A stretch of DNA of 64,000 bases from Camelus ferus (taxonomy: Eukaryota), in the NCBI RefSeq assembly GCF_009834535.1, contig NC_045696.1, positions 95,606,001 through 95,670,000 of the forward strand. The letters are read 5' to 3'. The translations under genes were made by a program, and so were the position numbers. Below are positions 63,999 through 64,000 of the stretch, piece after piece. The number at the start of each line of letters is the position of its first letter. Within the stretch, counting starts at the first letter, position 1. The notes under the pieces were generated by a model. That model saw nothing but the letters and a program-made list of their open reading frames with translations. It was not told the origin of the DNA and searched no databases.

Positions 63999-64000
63999 AA

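Noticed and set aside
1..64000. CRISPR array, operon or other prokaryotic system
   Set aside because: No repeat-spacer arrays or gene-dense organisation. The sequence is clearly mammalian.

Overview
This is AT-rich, CpG-depleted mammalian genomic DNA, not prokaryotic. tRNA-derived SINEs of the camelid (Vic-1-like) type point to an alpaca, llama or camel. The only credible protein-coding sequence is the 3' part of the SUCNR1 (succinate receptor, GPR91) coding exon on the minus strand (63126..>63998), which runs off the right edge. The other ~62 kb lies downstream of that gene and is mostly decayed interspersed repeats: L1 of several ages, L2, MIR, MaLR/ERVL LTRs, Tigger and hAT DNA transposons, plus microsatellites. 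Nearly all other ORFs in the track are repeat-derived or chance. I found no operon, CRISPR array or clearly novel multi-gene system. The best leads are an orphan CpG island at ~45.0-45.4 kb (YY1/SP motifs and a strong-Kozak 96-aa ORF, pointing antisense toward SUCNR1), a serine-free SUCNR1 C-tail, a nested four-level transposon stack at 16.4-20.0 kb, a 5'-truncated SINE with extra 3' sequence inside a perfect TSD, a hexamer G-quadruplex array, an E-box cluster, and possible Gypsy-gag and Tigger-transposase relics. Repeat family names and comparisons to human SUCNR1 come from memory of the consensus and reference sequences; they need RepeatMasker/Dfam and alignment checks. Boundaries of old repeats are approximate.
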